From assembly GCA_963796285.1 (NCBI GenBank), contig CAWCKW010000012.1:1696001-1760000 (forward strand): 64,000 nt of DNA, given 5' to 3'. This DNA is from Nitrospirota bacterium. GTDB taxonomy: Bacteria; Nitrospirota; UBA9217. The position numbers and the translations under genes were made by a program. Positions 1 to 11,704 of the stretch are shown here, piece after piece (the stretch's first letter is position 1; each line of letters opens with the position of its first letter). The notes below the pieces were generated by a model, which was not told the DNA's origin, ran no database searches, and saw only the letters and a program-made list of their open reading frames with translations.

Positions 1-49
1 GATACCGTTCCTGGTGCATATGGTTCAGCTGTCCGTCCATTTCTAACCA

Positions 50-135
50 CCCCTCACCTTAATCCTCTCCCCTGATGGGAGAGGAAATTAATAAACTCCC
101 TCGCCCCAGCGGGGAGAGGGCTGGGGTGAGGGGGG
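50..135. repeat. REP-like palindromic element (CCCTCACC...CTCTCCC...GGGAGAG...GGTGAGGG)
   Basis: Nested inverted repeats just after the nifB stop; related copies at ~3460-3541, ~40065-40145 and ~55028-55065. Confidence 0.65.
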
Positions 136-172
136 CTTCATGCCTGGCTCGTCGTTCCGAGGCGAAGACTCG

Positions 173-1061
173 CTACACCGTTTCAATGTATTCTTCCCCG
201 ATCCTAGCCATCAGCACTTCGAGCTCCATGTCCTTGTCCTCGCCCAGGATGCCGCAGGCGTCAGCCCGGCATTGCTTGCAGTGGGTCATCTGCTTGATGA
301 AGGGACGGCATGCTTCGCGCATCCTGGTGATCTCTGCATGAGAAGGTCGTTTGAGGTCGGCAAATTCCGCCTGGGGAATAAGCGGCATGATGTTCATGAT
401 GTCCGCCCCAAGTTTTCCCGCACGCTCCGCGATCAGCGGTATTTCCGCGTCGTTCACCCCGGGGATGAACACGGTATTCACCTTGGTGATGAGCCCGGCT
501 TCGATGGCACTCTGCAGTCCCTGCCACTGGTTCCTGAGGAGCAGCTCCGCCGCTTCTCTCCCCTCATATCGACGTCCCTTGTAGATGACCCAGGCATAGA
601 TGTTCTCAGCCGTCTCAGGGGTCACGGCATTGATCGTAACGGTCAGGCTGCGCACGCCCGATGACAGCAGTTGCTCCAGCCTGTCGGAAAGCAGAAGACC
701 ATTCGTCGAGACGCAAAGCGTAAGGTCGGGGTATTCCCAGTGGATCTGCCTGAGCGTGACGTAGGTTGGGGCGTTGACGAGCGGGTCTCCCGGGCCGGCG
801 ATCCCGACCACACTCAGGCGCTCGCTCCGATCCACAAGCGCCCTGTGTACGCTCAACAGCCTCTTCCGGTGTCAGCACACGGCTCGTGATCCCGGGCCGG
901 GACTCGTTGGCGCAGTCGAACTTTCGTATGCAGTAGCGGCACTGGATATTGCATGCAGGCGCGACGGAGAGATGCGCCCTGCTGAAGCGGGTGTGGGCCT
1001 CTTCGGTAAAACAAGGATGCACCTTGATGAAATCTTTATTCGCTCGTCCGGTATTGTCCAT
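173..1061 (-). CDS. nifB: FeMo-cofactor biosynthesis radical SAM protein NifB, SAM-domain-only form; one frameshift near 850
   Basis: ORF 615..1061 carries HPCF and CNIQCRYC; ORF 173..856 carries [13 protein letters not shown] and CKQCRADA. Confidence 0.92.
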
Positions 1062-1093
1062 AGTTTCCTCCCTGTGCTATTACTCATGGTAAT

Positions 1094-1110
1094 AGCAATA
1101 TTATTGCCAG
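1094..1110 (-). promoter_or_regulatory. sigma-54 (-24/-12) promoter of nifB
   Basis: Minus strand CTGGCAATAATATTGCT matches TGGCAN-N5-TTGC, ~33 nt upstream of the ATG. Confidence 0.7.
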
Positions 1111-1220
1111 GGATATTGGATGTTAATTATCAAAAGGTTGGTGTTCAGGAGGGGTAAAGATGATGAGCGATATTTAAGCATTTGAGCACTATTCGACCAG
1201 ACTGGAGCCCCCTCTGCTCA

Positions 1221-1683
1221 TCACAGATGCTTTCTGAGGCATATGAGGCTGGTCGGGCTCCAGCGGCAGGTGGAGTAAAAAGCGAGCGCGGGACCGTTCT
1301 CCCGGTCCGCCAGGAGTTGAAGTCGGCTCAATTTCCTTGATTTGCTCCAGATGATCGCTTCGGCCAGGAGTCTCGCGCCGATACCGCGTCCACGGCAATC
1401 CGCGCGCACGATGACGTCTTCGACGAGACCCACCGGACCGCCCTCAGCAGTGGAGACCAGCTGTCTGTACAGTACACATGCCGATAATCTCCTCGCGAGA
1501 TGCCGCGACAAGCACGAGTGAACGTCCTCTCTGATCATTTACAAGCAGGTTTAAACCTCGGGTTTGCCTGTTTAGGTCGGGTTCAAAATCCGTCTCCCGG
1601 GCAAAGAGGTCGGAGAGAAGATCGCACAATTGAGGGATATCTTCAGCACAGGCTGGTCGAATGGTAATGTCCGCAATCGTCAT
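1221..1683 (-). CDS. GNAT family N-acetyltransferase, nif-associated; frameshifted
   Basis: MTIADITIRPA...; VSTAEGG, EDVIV...RGRGIG acetyl-CoA motif, ALAFY; split over ORFs 1444..1788 and 1221..1538. Confidence 0.8.
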
Positions 1684-1730
1684 TCCCCAGCACCGCTGTC
1701 CTCTCCCCATTGAGTGAGGGCGCACCGCAC

Positions 1731-2009
1731 TCACAGTGTCACGTGAACATGGCACTTCTTCGTACAGGTCCGCGCGCACGCCTCGCACCCGATGCAGTTC
1801 TCGGGATGGGCGACGGACATGATCTTGTTGCCCATGTCGTCGCCGTACTCGTCCTCGCCTTCAAAAGGCTTTTCAATAAGCTCCAGCACATCGAAGCCGC
1901 AGACCTTATAGCACCTGCCGCAGCCGATGCACTTGTCGATCTCGATCGAATCGATGAATTTCGGTGTCCAGGGCTTTCCGCCCCGGGTTTGTCCGGTAAT
2001 TGGGGACAT
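1731..2009 (-). CDS. fdxB: 2x[4Fe-4S] ferredoxin III, nif-specific
   Basis: CIGCGRCYKVC and CIGCEACARTC motifs; TRGGKPWTPKF N-terminus typical of nif ferredoxin III. Confidence 0.85.
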   Translation of the reverse strand: MSPITGQTRGGKPWTPKFIDSIEIDKCIGCGRCYKVCGFDVLELIEKPFEGEDEYGDDMGNKIMSVAHPENCIGCEACARTCTKKCHVHVTL

Positions 2010-2123
2010 GGTAAATCCTTTCTCACCGCAGAGGACGCAGAGATCGCGGAGTCTTGGTTCTTGATTTCAAGACCTGAATTGCTTTCTCAGCGCTCTCCGC
2101 GACTCCGCGGTTAACTGCATCTG

Positions 2124-2540
2124 TTACGCTATCGCTTCGCCGTTCTTCTCTCCGGTCCTGACTCGCACTGCACCTTCAATTGGCGATACAAAGATTTTGC
2201 CGTCGCCGGGCTTGCCTGTGTGGTTTACTTTGATAATGGACTTGACTAAGGTCGTAACGACATCGTCCGGTACCACGATCGTAAGCAGGCGCTTCGGAAC
2301 GAAAAGCGCCACTTTAGGCAGCGTATGGTCGAGGGCATACGTTGATGGTGTCGGCTTCAGCTTTGCCGTGGTGCAGTAACTGTCAGGCATTTCCGAATCC
2401 ATTTCGCCGCACATGGCGCCTCTTTGCCTGCCCCGACCCTCCACGCTCTGTATCGTGAGCGACGGATAACCAAGGTCGTCGAGCGCTTTTTTCGTTTCCG
2501 GGAGCTTGTCCCGGCGTATGATTGCAGTGATCTCTTTCAT
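2124..2540 (-). CDS. nifI2: P-II family nitrogen regulator, NifI2-like (long T-loop)
   Basis: MKEITAIIR, GRGRQRG, PKR, GDGKIFV, VRVRTGE; second of a P-II pair in the nif cluster. Confidence 0.8.
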   Translation of the reverse strand: MKEITAIIRRDKLPETKKALDDLGYPSLTIQSVEGRGRQRGAMCGEMDSEMPDSYCTTAKLKPTPSTYALDHTLPKVALFVPKRLLTIVVPDDVVTTLVKSIIKVNHTGKPGDGKIFVSPIEGAVRVRTGEKNGEAIA

Positions 2541-2656
2541 GACATAAAACCTCCTTATAAACCACAGAGCGTCACAGAGAAAATAGGATCCGTCGCGGAA
2601 TGTGAACTATTTAAGACTTTACTCTGCTCTGTCGACTTCTCTGTGAGTTAAATTGA

Positions 2657-2974
2657 TTACAGTCCCGCTTCGCCGGTCCTGACCGTATATGCCTGATCGA
2701 CCGGGCTGATGAAGATCTTCCCGTCGCCGATGAAACCGGTGCGCGCCTTGTCGTTGATCACCTTGAGCACCTTGTCCAGGTCCTTGTCATCGATGACCGT
2801 CATGATCAACACTTTCGGAAGTTCGTCGTAATGAACGGGTCCGACGGTCAATCCCTTCTGCTTGCCGCGCCCGAACACGGGGACCTTGGTAAGCGAGGGA
2901 AACCCCGCCCCTTCGAGTGCAAGCACCACTTCCTGTTCCTTTTCCGGCCGTATGAATGCCCTGATCATCTTCAT
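2657..2974 (-). CDS. nifI1: P-II family nitrogen regulator, NifI1-like
   Basis: MKMIRAFIRPEK, GRGKQKG, YDELPK, GDGKIF, YTVRTG; 105 aa. Confidence 0.85.
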   Translation of the reverse strand: MKMIRAFIRPEKEQEVVLALEGAGFPSLTKVPVFGRGKQKGLTVGPVHYDELPKVLIMTVIDDKDLDKVLKVINDKARTGFIGDGKIFISPVDQAYTVRTGEAGL

Positions 2975-3050
2975 GGTTTGTTTCCTCCTGTATTTATATG
3001 GTAGCCGCGGGCTTCAGCCCGCGATCATAAACGCACCCTGAAGGGTGCGG

Positions 3051-3446
3051 CTACAACGTCTTCAATGCTTTTTTCAGCCATGGCGGCGGTGACTGTTTTA
3101 TCGTTCCCATGAGCTGATTGAGAGCGCTCTCGATAGAAACGATCTCCTTCACTTTCATGGGCATGACACCTTTTTTCACCAGCCGCGCTGCCGACGGACC
3201 GCCGATCTCGGTAATATAAATAAGCTTGCAATCAGCGAGCTTGTCAACTTTGTTCTGGACCGCGCTGTCATGAAGCGAACCCGTGTCCTTGGTGTCCACG
3301 ACCGCCTTGTCCATACCGTCGGAGAACTTCCTCATAGCAACAAAATGATATCCGAATTCTGTAAGTTCATAAATTGCGAACATTCCCGCTCTGCCGAAAT
3401 GTTCGTCAACCTGTTTTCCGTCCGTAGTAGCGAATGCGACTTTCAT
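3051..3446 (-). CDS. nifX: Nitrogen fixation protein NifX
   Basis: MKVAFATTDG..VDEHFGRA, IGGPSAA, PPPWLKK motifs. Confidence 0.92.
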   Translation of the reverse strand: MKVAFATTDGKQVDEHFGRAGMFAIYELTEFGYHFVAMRKFSDGMDKAVVDTKDTGSLHDSAVQNKVDKLADCKLIYITEIGGPSAARLVKKGVMPMKVKEIVSIESALNQLMGTIKQSPPPWLKKALKTL

Positions 3447-3547
3447 ATATGTCTCCTCCCCCCCTCACCTCAGTCCTCTCCCCCAGGGGAGAGGAAGCAA
3501 CATCACCTTCTCCCCTGGGGAGAAGGAAGGGATGAGGGGGAAAATTA

Positions 3548-6236
3548 TTAATGTCGTTTCATCAGTAGATTCGCCATCTCACTGATCATCGTGAGCGTTC
3601 CCCGATAGCCGACCGTTACCTTCGAAGTGTACCCGAAGGATTTGTATACCGGGAACCCCAGTTCATACAGCGGAATACCGAGTTTATTTGCCGTACTCTC
3701 CGCATGCGAATTCGATATAAGCACGTCATACTCACCCGTGATGGAATAGAGATCTCCTATCCGCACTTCCCGCGCACGGATACGGTCAGCCGCTGTCGAA
3801 AGCGTGGGGATCATTGCCAACTCTACCGTGGCCCCCATTTCATCCAGCCACTTTGAGGTCTGGACCGCAAGGTCCGGTTCAAGGGCGATGCAGATCTTCT
3901 TGCCGCCGAAATAAACGTGGGCGTCCCGCCTGGCATCAACGAGGATCTTCCGCTGCCGTTCGTATCCGGGCGGCAAGGGTCTCCCGCTGATCTCTGCGAG
4001 CGTTTGCATGAGCAGGTCAGAATCCGCAAGCCCGGCAATGCTGTCGAACATCCGGTACACGGTCCCGAACTTTTGCTGCAGCAGCTTTGCCGCTGGTTCC
4101 ATGCTCATACCCAGGCCGATCGTGTACGAAGCGTCGGCCATGGCTGCAAGGTCCGCCATGCTGCCGTCCCCCCTGCCGCAAGGGGAGAAAAAACCTGCCT
4201 GCTCCCGTCCAGTGCAGACAGATCGGGGAGCATAATCGCCTTCAAGCCAAAGGATTCGACAATTTGCCGTATCTCACTGAAATCCGCGGGCGTAAGATGC
4301 GACCCCGCGATTATGTTAATTTGATTCTTCTCATTACGGCTCTCCCCACGGGGAGAGCCGTGGGTGAGGGGGGATTCCGCATTCCGCACTCCGCAATCCG
4401 CAATTTCAATGATCGCCTCCACCGCCCTTGCATACCCCGTCTCCAACCCGCCGTCATAATCCGGAGTCGGAATATGGATCACCTTGCTTTTTGAATGTTG
4501 ACTATTAACTTGTCTCACAACCCGCGCGACATCATCCCCTTTCACCTCCGACAGTCCCGAGGTAAGCACGCCGATAAGCGCAGGATCGTTCTTCTCGATA
4601 AATCCGTCGATCGCGGCAATCAGTTTCTCCTCACTCCCCATGACCACCTCTTCGACAAAGAGCTTGCTCGAAGCCAGGGCAATGGGTTCGCGGAAGTGTT
4701 TTGTCAGCAGCACTTTGCCGAGGAATGTGCAGCCCTGCGCTCCATGAATGATCGGCAGCGACCCGTCTATCCCCTGGAGGGCCATGGCCGCGCCGATTGC
4801 CGGCGAGTGCTTGAGCGGGTTGATCAGAAGTGCTGTGGTTGCGGTTTCGGGATTCGGGATTTCAACTTTGCTTCTCCGGTTCTTCTCTGCCCTGCGACCC
4901 TGTACCCCGGACCCCGGCCTTGTTCATAGAACTTCATGCTGTTGCTGATCTGCTCCGCCAGGTTCACGAGCCCCGCATATCCTGCATACGCAGTATGCCG
5001 TTCCTGGTTCACGTCCACAAAGGGGTACCCTTCCTTGATCGCAAGATACTGGTTCCGTCCACCCGCGATCAGCATGTCCGCGTTCCGCTCTTTCAGAAGC
5101 TTGAGCAGGTTCTTCGGCGTCACGTCCTCCACCAGCGGCGCATCCGGCCCGAGGATCGCCTTCATTTTTTCCTCATCCTCGATCGTGCTCTTTTTAGTGC
5201 CTATTGCCACGACCTCGATGCCGAGGTCGCGCAGCGCGGAGATAAAGGACCAGCTTTTGACTCCACCGGTATACAGCACGGCTTTTTTCCCACGCAGATA
5301 CTTGTATGGTTTGAGCGCTTCTTTGAGCTTCCTCTCTTCCATTTTGATCTGTGCTTCTACCGCCTTTGTAATTTCGGTATCTTCCGGACCCTGGACCCTG
5401 GACCCTGAACCCTGAAGTCCCTCCGCAATGACCCGCAAGGCCTTCGCTGTCTCGGTGCCGCCGAAGAAAGATACCTCCACATAGGGAATGCCGTATTTTC
5501 GTTCCATCTCACGGGCAACGTTGATCAGCGCCCTGCCGCAGACTACCACGTTCAATTTTGCCTGGTGCGCCCAGGTGATCTGTTCGAATGTCGCATCCCC
5601 CGTGATCCTTGAAAGGACCCGGATCCCCGACCTGGTGAGCAGCGGCTCCACGAACCAGAGGTCGCCGGCTATATTGTACTCGCCGATCAGATTAATATCA
5701 GTGTGCGTCATGACGGGCGTCTCGCCGGTCCCGATCACATGCTCCAGCAGGACCTCGCCGGCGATCCGGTTCCCCAGGTTCTTCGGCCCCACGAACCCCG
5801 GAGCATTCACCGGGATCACGCGGATGTCCAGTTCGTCCCCGGCCCGTTTGCACACGGCGTCGATATCTTCTCCGGTCATTCCACTCACGCATGTAGCGTA
5901 CACGAAGATCGCCTTCGGCGTGATCGTCGCGGCTGTCCTCCTGATGGCGTCCAGCAGCTTCTCTTCCGACCCGTAGATGATATCGATCTCGCTCATGTCA
6001 GTGGTGAATCCCATGGTATGAAGTGCGCCCTTGGATGATAGCGCACCCCGTCCTTCCCAGGTATTGCCGCAGCAGGCAATCGGGCCGTGAACGAGGTGCG
6101 CCGTGTCGGCAATGGGCTGGAGGACGATCATGGCCCCGTCAAACGCGCAGGACTCGCCGCCCCTGGCACGACAAACTTTTGACTTGTCATCCGTTGAGCA
6201 ACCGTCTTGTGTTAATCTGTCGATCGTGCTGACCAT
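3548..6236 (-). CDS. nifEN: FeMo-cofactor scaffold NifE and NifN, probably one fused NifEN ORF broken by frameshifts near ~4900 and ~4160
   Basis: NifE motifs ESCAFDGA, HGPIAC, YTGGVKSWS, DVNQER; NifN motifs INPLKHSP, HGAQGC, HFREPI; the NifN frame has no start codon upstream of INPLK. Confidence 0.85.
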
Positions 6237-6429
6237 AAGACACTCCGCTATTCCTAAGTTTGGACAAGCCAAATCTGAGAAAAGCCTTCAATCCGCAGAT
6301 TACGCAGATGGACGCAGATTTTAAAACCAAATTCGGACTTTCTTTAATCCGCGAAATCTGTGTAATCTGCGGACAAAAAGTGACCTGAGTAGTTACCTTA
6401 CTTCTCACTTCTTACTTCGTAATCTGTAC

Positions 6430-7170
6430 TCAGATCAAAGCCAGTTCATCCCTGCCATGACGAGCATGACACCGAGCAATACCCGTAAGACCGGACTGTT
6501 GAATCTTCGTTGCCCCCAGTGTCGAGCCGATATATCCGCCGGAAACGACGGCAACGGACCAGAAGGCGATGTGGTCAGGAAATGCGCCGCCCTTCTGAAT
6601 ATATCCTGCCAAACCGGAAATGGAGTTCAGCAGAATAAATGCCGCAGCCACGGCAGCCGTTCTCCGAAGTCCCGCCCAATTAAGAATGATCAGGACCGGG
6701 CTGAGAAATATGCCGCCGCCGACCCCCGTGAGACCGGAAAGGAAACCAAGGCCCCCTCCTACCGCCAGCGACACGCCAATCCCCGGGTACGTTGCTCGTC
6801 CTGGTTCATCCGGGGCGACTTTGCTGCGGAGGATGAGATGGAAAGCTGCGAACACTAACGCAATGCCCACGAGTATTTTGTATATCGTCGTGTCTACGTG
6901 CAATCCGCCGCCGAGGAACGCCATGGGGACCGATGCCAAAGCAAAGGGCCAGAACAATCGCCAGGAAAAATATCCGGCCTTGGCGAACCGGATGGTCGTG
7001 ACCAGCGCCACAATGATATTAAGTGCAAGGGCAGTCGGCTTCATGACCTCGGGCGAGAACGAAAGCATCGCCATCGTCGCGAGGTATCCTGACGCTCCCG
7101 CGTGCCCTACCGTTGAATACAGAAGCGCGATAAAAAAGAAGTATATGCCTATCAGTGCAATGTCATGCAT
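6430..7170 (-). CDS. TSUP (TauE/SafE) family membrane transporter; likely C-terminal frameshift
   Basis: LYSTVGHAGASGYLA, GFLSGLTGVGGGIFLSP, NSISGLAG; multiple hydrophobic helices. Confidence 0.85.
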   Translation of the reverse strand: MHDIALIGIYFFFIALLYSTVGHAGASGYLATMAMLSFSPEVMKPTALALNIIVALVTTIRFAKAGYFSWRLFWPFALASVPMAFLGGGLHVDTTIYKILVGIALVFAAFHLILRSKVAPDEPGRATYPGIGVSLAVGGGLGFLSGLTGVGGGIFLSPVLIILNWAGLRRTAAVAAAFILLNSISGLAGYIQKGGAFPDHIAFWSVAVVSGGYIGSTLGATKIQQSGLTGIARCHARHGRDELALI

Positions 7171-7280
7171 GGTTAGTACCTGGATGACAGAGGACAGAAG
7201 TCAGAAGACAGAGGGAACCCTGCCCCATCGATTGCTAATTTGTTTTAGTCTGTCCTCTGTGCTCTGTCATCTGTTCTCTC

Positions 7281-8786
7281 TTACCTAATCACATCAAAGC
7301 TCGCCGAACCCTCGGTCTTCCTGTCCAGCTCGTCAAGCACCGTGTTCACCAGCATGGTCACAAGGTTCAATGCGCCCTGGTACCCGATGATCGGCTGCCG
7401 GTGCAGATGATGCCGGTCGAAAAGCGGAAACCCGATACGGACCAGCGGTGTTCCCGTGTCCTGCGTCAGGAACTTTGCATAGGAGTTGCCGATCAGTATG
7501 TCCACGGGATCGGTGAACAGGAGCGAACGAAGATGCCACATATCCTTGCCTGCGTAGACCGTTCCGTTCGCGCCAAAGGGGGAGGAGGCGAGCAGCTCTT
7601 TTGCCTCTGCCTCGAAGTGCTTGTCGCCGTTGGTGCAGACGACATGCACCGGTTCGCCGCCCATCTCCATGATGAGGCTGATCATCCCAAGCAGGATGTC
7701 CGGGTCACCGACAAGGGCGAACCGTTTGCCGTGGACATAGGGATGAGAGTCCACCATGGCGTCCACGACCCTGCCGCGCTCCGCTTCGATCGCAGCCGGG
7801 ATCGGCTTGCCCGTGAGCTTGGACAGCTCAGCAAAGAACACATCCGTGTTCCTGATGCCGATCGGAGAAAGCGTGAGCGTCTTCTGGCCCGATTCCTTCT
7901 GTATGTAATCCATGGTCTTCACGGTCGAATACTTCTGAAGCGCGATCGTGGCAAGAGCGTTTACCGCATCCATGGCGTCGGGGAGCGGTGTGCCGCCGGG
8001 ATAGAGCTTGTACTCGCCCGTGTTCGGCGAATCAAAGGTGTCGCTCACATCCGCAAGCACCGTTGCCTCGATGCCCATCAGTGACATAAGCCGTTTGATC
8101 TCATGGTAGTTGCCGGTATAGGTATCGAAGCCCGGAACAATGTTGATCTTCCCGTTCGATTCGCCTTTTTTGCCTGCCCAGAGCGCTTTCAGTATCCCCC
8201 GCATCATGTTGTCATAGCCCACGATATGTGAACCCACAAAGCTCGGGGTGTTCGCGAAAGGGATGGGCAGGTCCTGGGGAACGACGCCCTTCTCCTTCGC
8301 CGTCTTGATGTAGGAGTTGAGGTCGTCGCCGATCACCTCTGCCATGCAGGTCGTCGAGACCGCGATCATCTTCGGCTTGTACAGGGCATAGGTGTTTTCC
8401 AGGCCTTCGAGCATGTTGTTCAGGCCGCCGAACACCGCCGCATCCTCGGTCATGGACGTGGAGATCGCGGCAAAGGGTTCCTTGAAGTGCCGGCTCAGAT
8501 GGCTCCGGAAATAGGCCACGCAGCCCTGGGCGCCCTGCACAAAAGGCATGGAGCCTTCAAAACCCGAAGCGCAGAACACCGCGCCGAGAGGCTGGCAGGC
8601 CTTGGCGGGATTGATCTTGATGTTCTCCCGCTTGAAATTGAGTTCCTTGTACTCCTCGGTCTTGGTCCATTCCGAGATCTCCTTCACCTTCTCCGCAGGC
8701 CAGCAGTTCTCGAACTCCTTCTTGCGCTCGAACTGCTCTTTATAGTCCTGCTGCTTGAACAGCTCGCTATGGTCTCTGACTTTCAT
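7281..8786 (-). CDS. nifK: Nitrogenase MoFe protein beta chain
   Basis: INPAKACQPLGA, QGCVAYFR, TTCMAEVIGDD P-cluster ligands; GFPLFDRHHLHR. Confidence 0.97.
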   Translation of the reverse strand: MKVRDHSELFKQQDYKEQFERKKEFENCWPAEKVKEISEWTKTEEYKELNFKRENIKINPAKACQPLGAVFCASGFEGSMPFVQGAQGCVAYFRSHLSRHFKEPFAAISTSMTEDAAVFGGLNNMLEGLENTYALYKPKMIAVSTTCMAEVIGDDLNSYIKTAKEKGVVPQDLPIPFANTPSFVGSHIVGYDNMMRGILKALWAGKKGESNGKINIVPGFDTYTGNYHEIKRLMSLMGIEATVLADVSDTFDSPNTGEYKLYPGGTPLPDAMDAVNALATIALQKYSTVKTMDYIQKESGQKTLTLSPIGIRNTDVFFAELSKLTGKPIPAAIEAERGRVVDAMVDSHPYVHGKRFALVGDPDILLGMISLIMEMGGEPVHVVCTNGDKHFEAEAKELLASSPFGANGTVYAGKDMWHLRSLLFTDPVDILIGNSYAKFLTQDTGTPLVRIGFPLFDRHHLHRQPIIGYQGALNLVTMLVNTVLDELDRKTEGSASFDVIR

Positions 8787-8905
8787 GATGAATCCTCCAA
8801 ACTTTTTTACCGCAGAGACGCTGAGACGCAGAGGGAACCTTAATCAGCTAAAATTCATAAATAAGCATTATGCTTTCTCAGTGTCTCGCGTCTCGCGGTG
8901 AATCT

Positions 8906-10333
8906 CTATTTTTTTCGTCGTATCAAACCCCACGTCGGGCTGTTCACCGTCATGTCCATGTCCCGGGCAAAGACCGGGAACCCGTCGAAGCCGTGGTACG
9001 GGCCCGAGTAGTCCCAGGAGTGCATCTGGCGGAACGGCACGCCGAGCTTGTGATACGAGTACTTCTCCTTGATGCCCGAGCCGACCATGTCCGGCTTCAG
9101 CCTGCGGGTGAACTCTTCCAGCTCATACAAGGTCGCGTCGTCCATGATCACCGCGCCTTCCTTCAATTCCGGATAGGTGCGCTTGTAGTCGTCGCCGTGT
9201 CCGAACTCGTAGCCCGAGGCCACCACTTCCATGCCGAGGTCCTCGTAGGCGCCGATCGTGTGGCGCGGCCGGAGACCGCCGACATAGAGCATCACTTTTT
9301 TGCCTTCAAGCTTGGGCCGGTATTGCGCGACAACCTTTTCCATGAGCGGCGTGTACTTGGCGATGACCGCCTCGGCATTCTTCTGGATCTTTTCGTCGAA
9401 CTTGGCAGCGATCTTCCTGATGCTGTCAAAGGTCTTCGTAGGACCGAAGAAATTGAACTCCATCCATGGAATATTGTAGGCTTCTTCCATGTGGCGGCAG
9501 ATATAGTTCATCGACCGGTAGCAGTGGATCAGGTTCAGCTTGGCCTTGGTCGCAATGCCGAGCTCGTTGATCGTTGAGTCTCCTGTATACTGGGCGATGA
9601 CGCGAAGCCCCATCTCTTCGAGGATCTTGCGCGAGGCCCAGGCGTCGCCGCCGATGTTGTAGTCGCCTATCAGGTTCACATCATAGGGTGTGGTGTTTTC
9701 GAGCTTGCCCTTGCCGAGCACATAGTCCTTGATGGTATCGTTCGCGATGTGATGGCCCAGCGACTGGGACACGCCGCGGAACCCTTCGCACCGCACCGGC
9801 ACGATCGGGATGTTGATCTCCTTTGCTACGCGCTTCGAGACCGCCTCGATGTCGTCGCCGATGAGCCCGACCGGACACTCGGACAGAATGCCGATGCCGC
9901 GGCCGAGCGGGAACAGCCCGTGCAGCTCCTTGATGGCCAGATCAAGCCCCTTGTCGCCGCCGTAGACGATATTCTTTTCCTGAAAATCCGTCGTAATGTG
10001 CATGGTGCCGAAGGCGTCGATCCCGGTCTGGCCGTTGTAGTAGTTCCTGCGCGACCACCAGGAGTACTGGCCGCAGCCGATGGGACCATGGCTGATCGTG
10101 ATCTGGTCCTTCACCGGCCCCCAGACCACGCCCTTGGCGCCCGCGTACGCGCAACCGCGCACGGTCATGACGCCGGGCCGGGATTTAACGTTCGACTTCA
10201 CCTGGCAGGTGCTGCACTGCCCCGTCGGGTCGTTGGCTGCAAGATGCTTGGCCCGCTCCTTCTTCGATTTTTCCGGATATGCGTCCAGGACCTCTTCTAT
10301 CATTTTTTGCGTATCTTTAATGGTTGTGCTCAT
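8906..10333 (-). CDS. nifD: Nitrogenase MoFe protein alpha chain (short, group I-like length)
   Basis: [33 protein letters not shown] (FeMo-co Cys), QMHSWDY (FeMo-co His). Confidence 0.97.
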   Translation of the reverse strand: MSTTIKDTQKMIEEVLDAYPEKSKKERAKHLAANDPTGQCSTCQVKSNVKSRPGVMTVRGCAYAGAKGVVWGPVKDQITISHGPIGCGQYSWWSRRNYYNGQTGIDAFGTMHITTDFQEKNIVYGGDKGLDLAIKELHGLFPLGRGIGILSECPVGLIGDDIEAVSKRVAKEINIPIVPVRCEGFRGVSQSLGHHIANDTIKDYVLGKGKLENTTPYDVNLIGDYNIGGDAWASRKILEEMGLRVIAQYTGDSTINELGIATKAKLNLIHCYRSMNYICRHMEEAYNIPWMEFNFFGPTKTFDSIRKIAAKFDEKIQKNAEAVIAKYTPLMEKVVAQYRPKLEGKKVMLYVGGLRPRHTIGAYEDLGMEVVASGYEFGHGDDYKRTYPELKEGAVIMDDATLYELEEFTRRLKPDMVGSGIKEKYSYHKLGVPFRQMHSWDYSGPYHGFDGFPVFARDMDMTVNSPTWGLIRRKK

Positions 10334-10449
10334 GGGGTCTCCTTCAATTTCAGTAATCAGTAGTCAGGAGCCAGTCGCCAGAAAAGCATGGAAGGACTTG
10401 TTAATCATCTCTCCTGACTTCTGACTCCTGTCTTCTGTCTCCTGCAGTT

Positions 10450-11317
<868 letters not shown>

Positions 11318-11410
11318 TTATTCTGCTCGCTTCCGGCAGGACATTGTTGTCTAAAAGCTTCACGAGCTTTCTCAAAGTTATTTCCCGACTCGTTCATTGA
11401 TCAGGTATAT

Positions 11411-11427
11411 AGCAATGCCTGTGCCAA
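11411..11427 (-). promoter_or_regulatory. sigma-54 (-24/-12) promoter of nifH
   Basis: Minus strand TTGGCAC-AGGCA-TTGCT, a consensus match ~118 nt upstream of nifH. Confidence 0.85.
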
Positions 11428-11704
11428 GATTTATAATGTAGTGCTTTTCGCATCAATGCATTGATATCATGCCGTCTTTGATTGTTGGAGGGGCTATGAC
11501 CTGCGAGGATAAGTAAATCCATGAACGCCGTGCTTTTAATCACCGGCATAGAAAATAGACACGAAGAGTGATGAAGGAGACCGGAGAAACGATCGCGGAG
11601 ATGAGCCAGGCAGATTCATTCAAATCTTGACAAAGGGACTGCGAACCGTTATGATTTCCAACCTGTCTCAGCGCGGAGCCCGGGAAATAACGCTCCGTTC
11701 GTTT

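Noticed and set aside
4824-4826. TGA ending the NifE ORF as a possible Sec codon
   Set aside because: NifN homology continues in a different frame, not through the TGA, and no SECIS-like hairpin follows
11430-11620. NifA upstream activator site (TGT-N10-ACA) for nifH
   Set aside because: No convincing match found by eye
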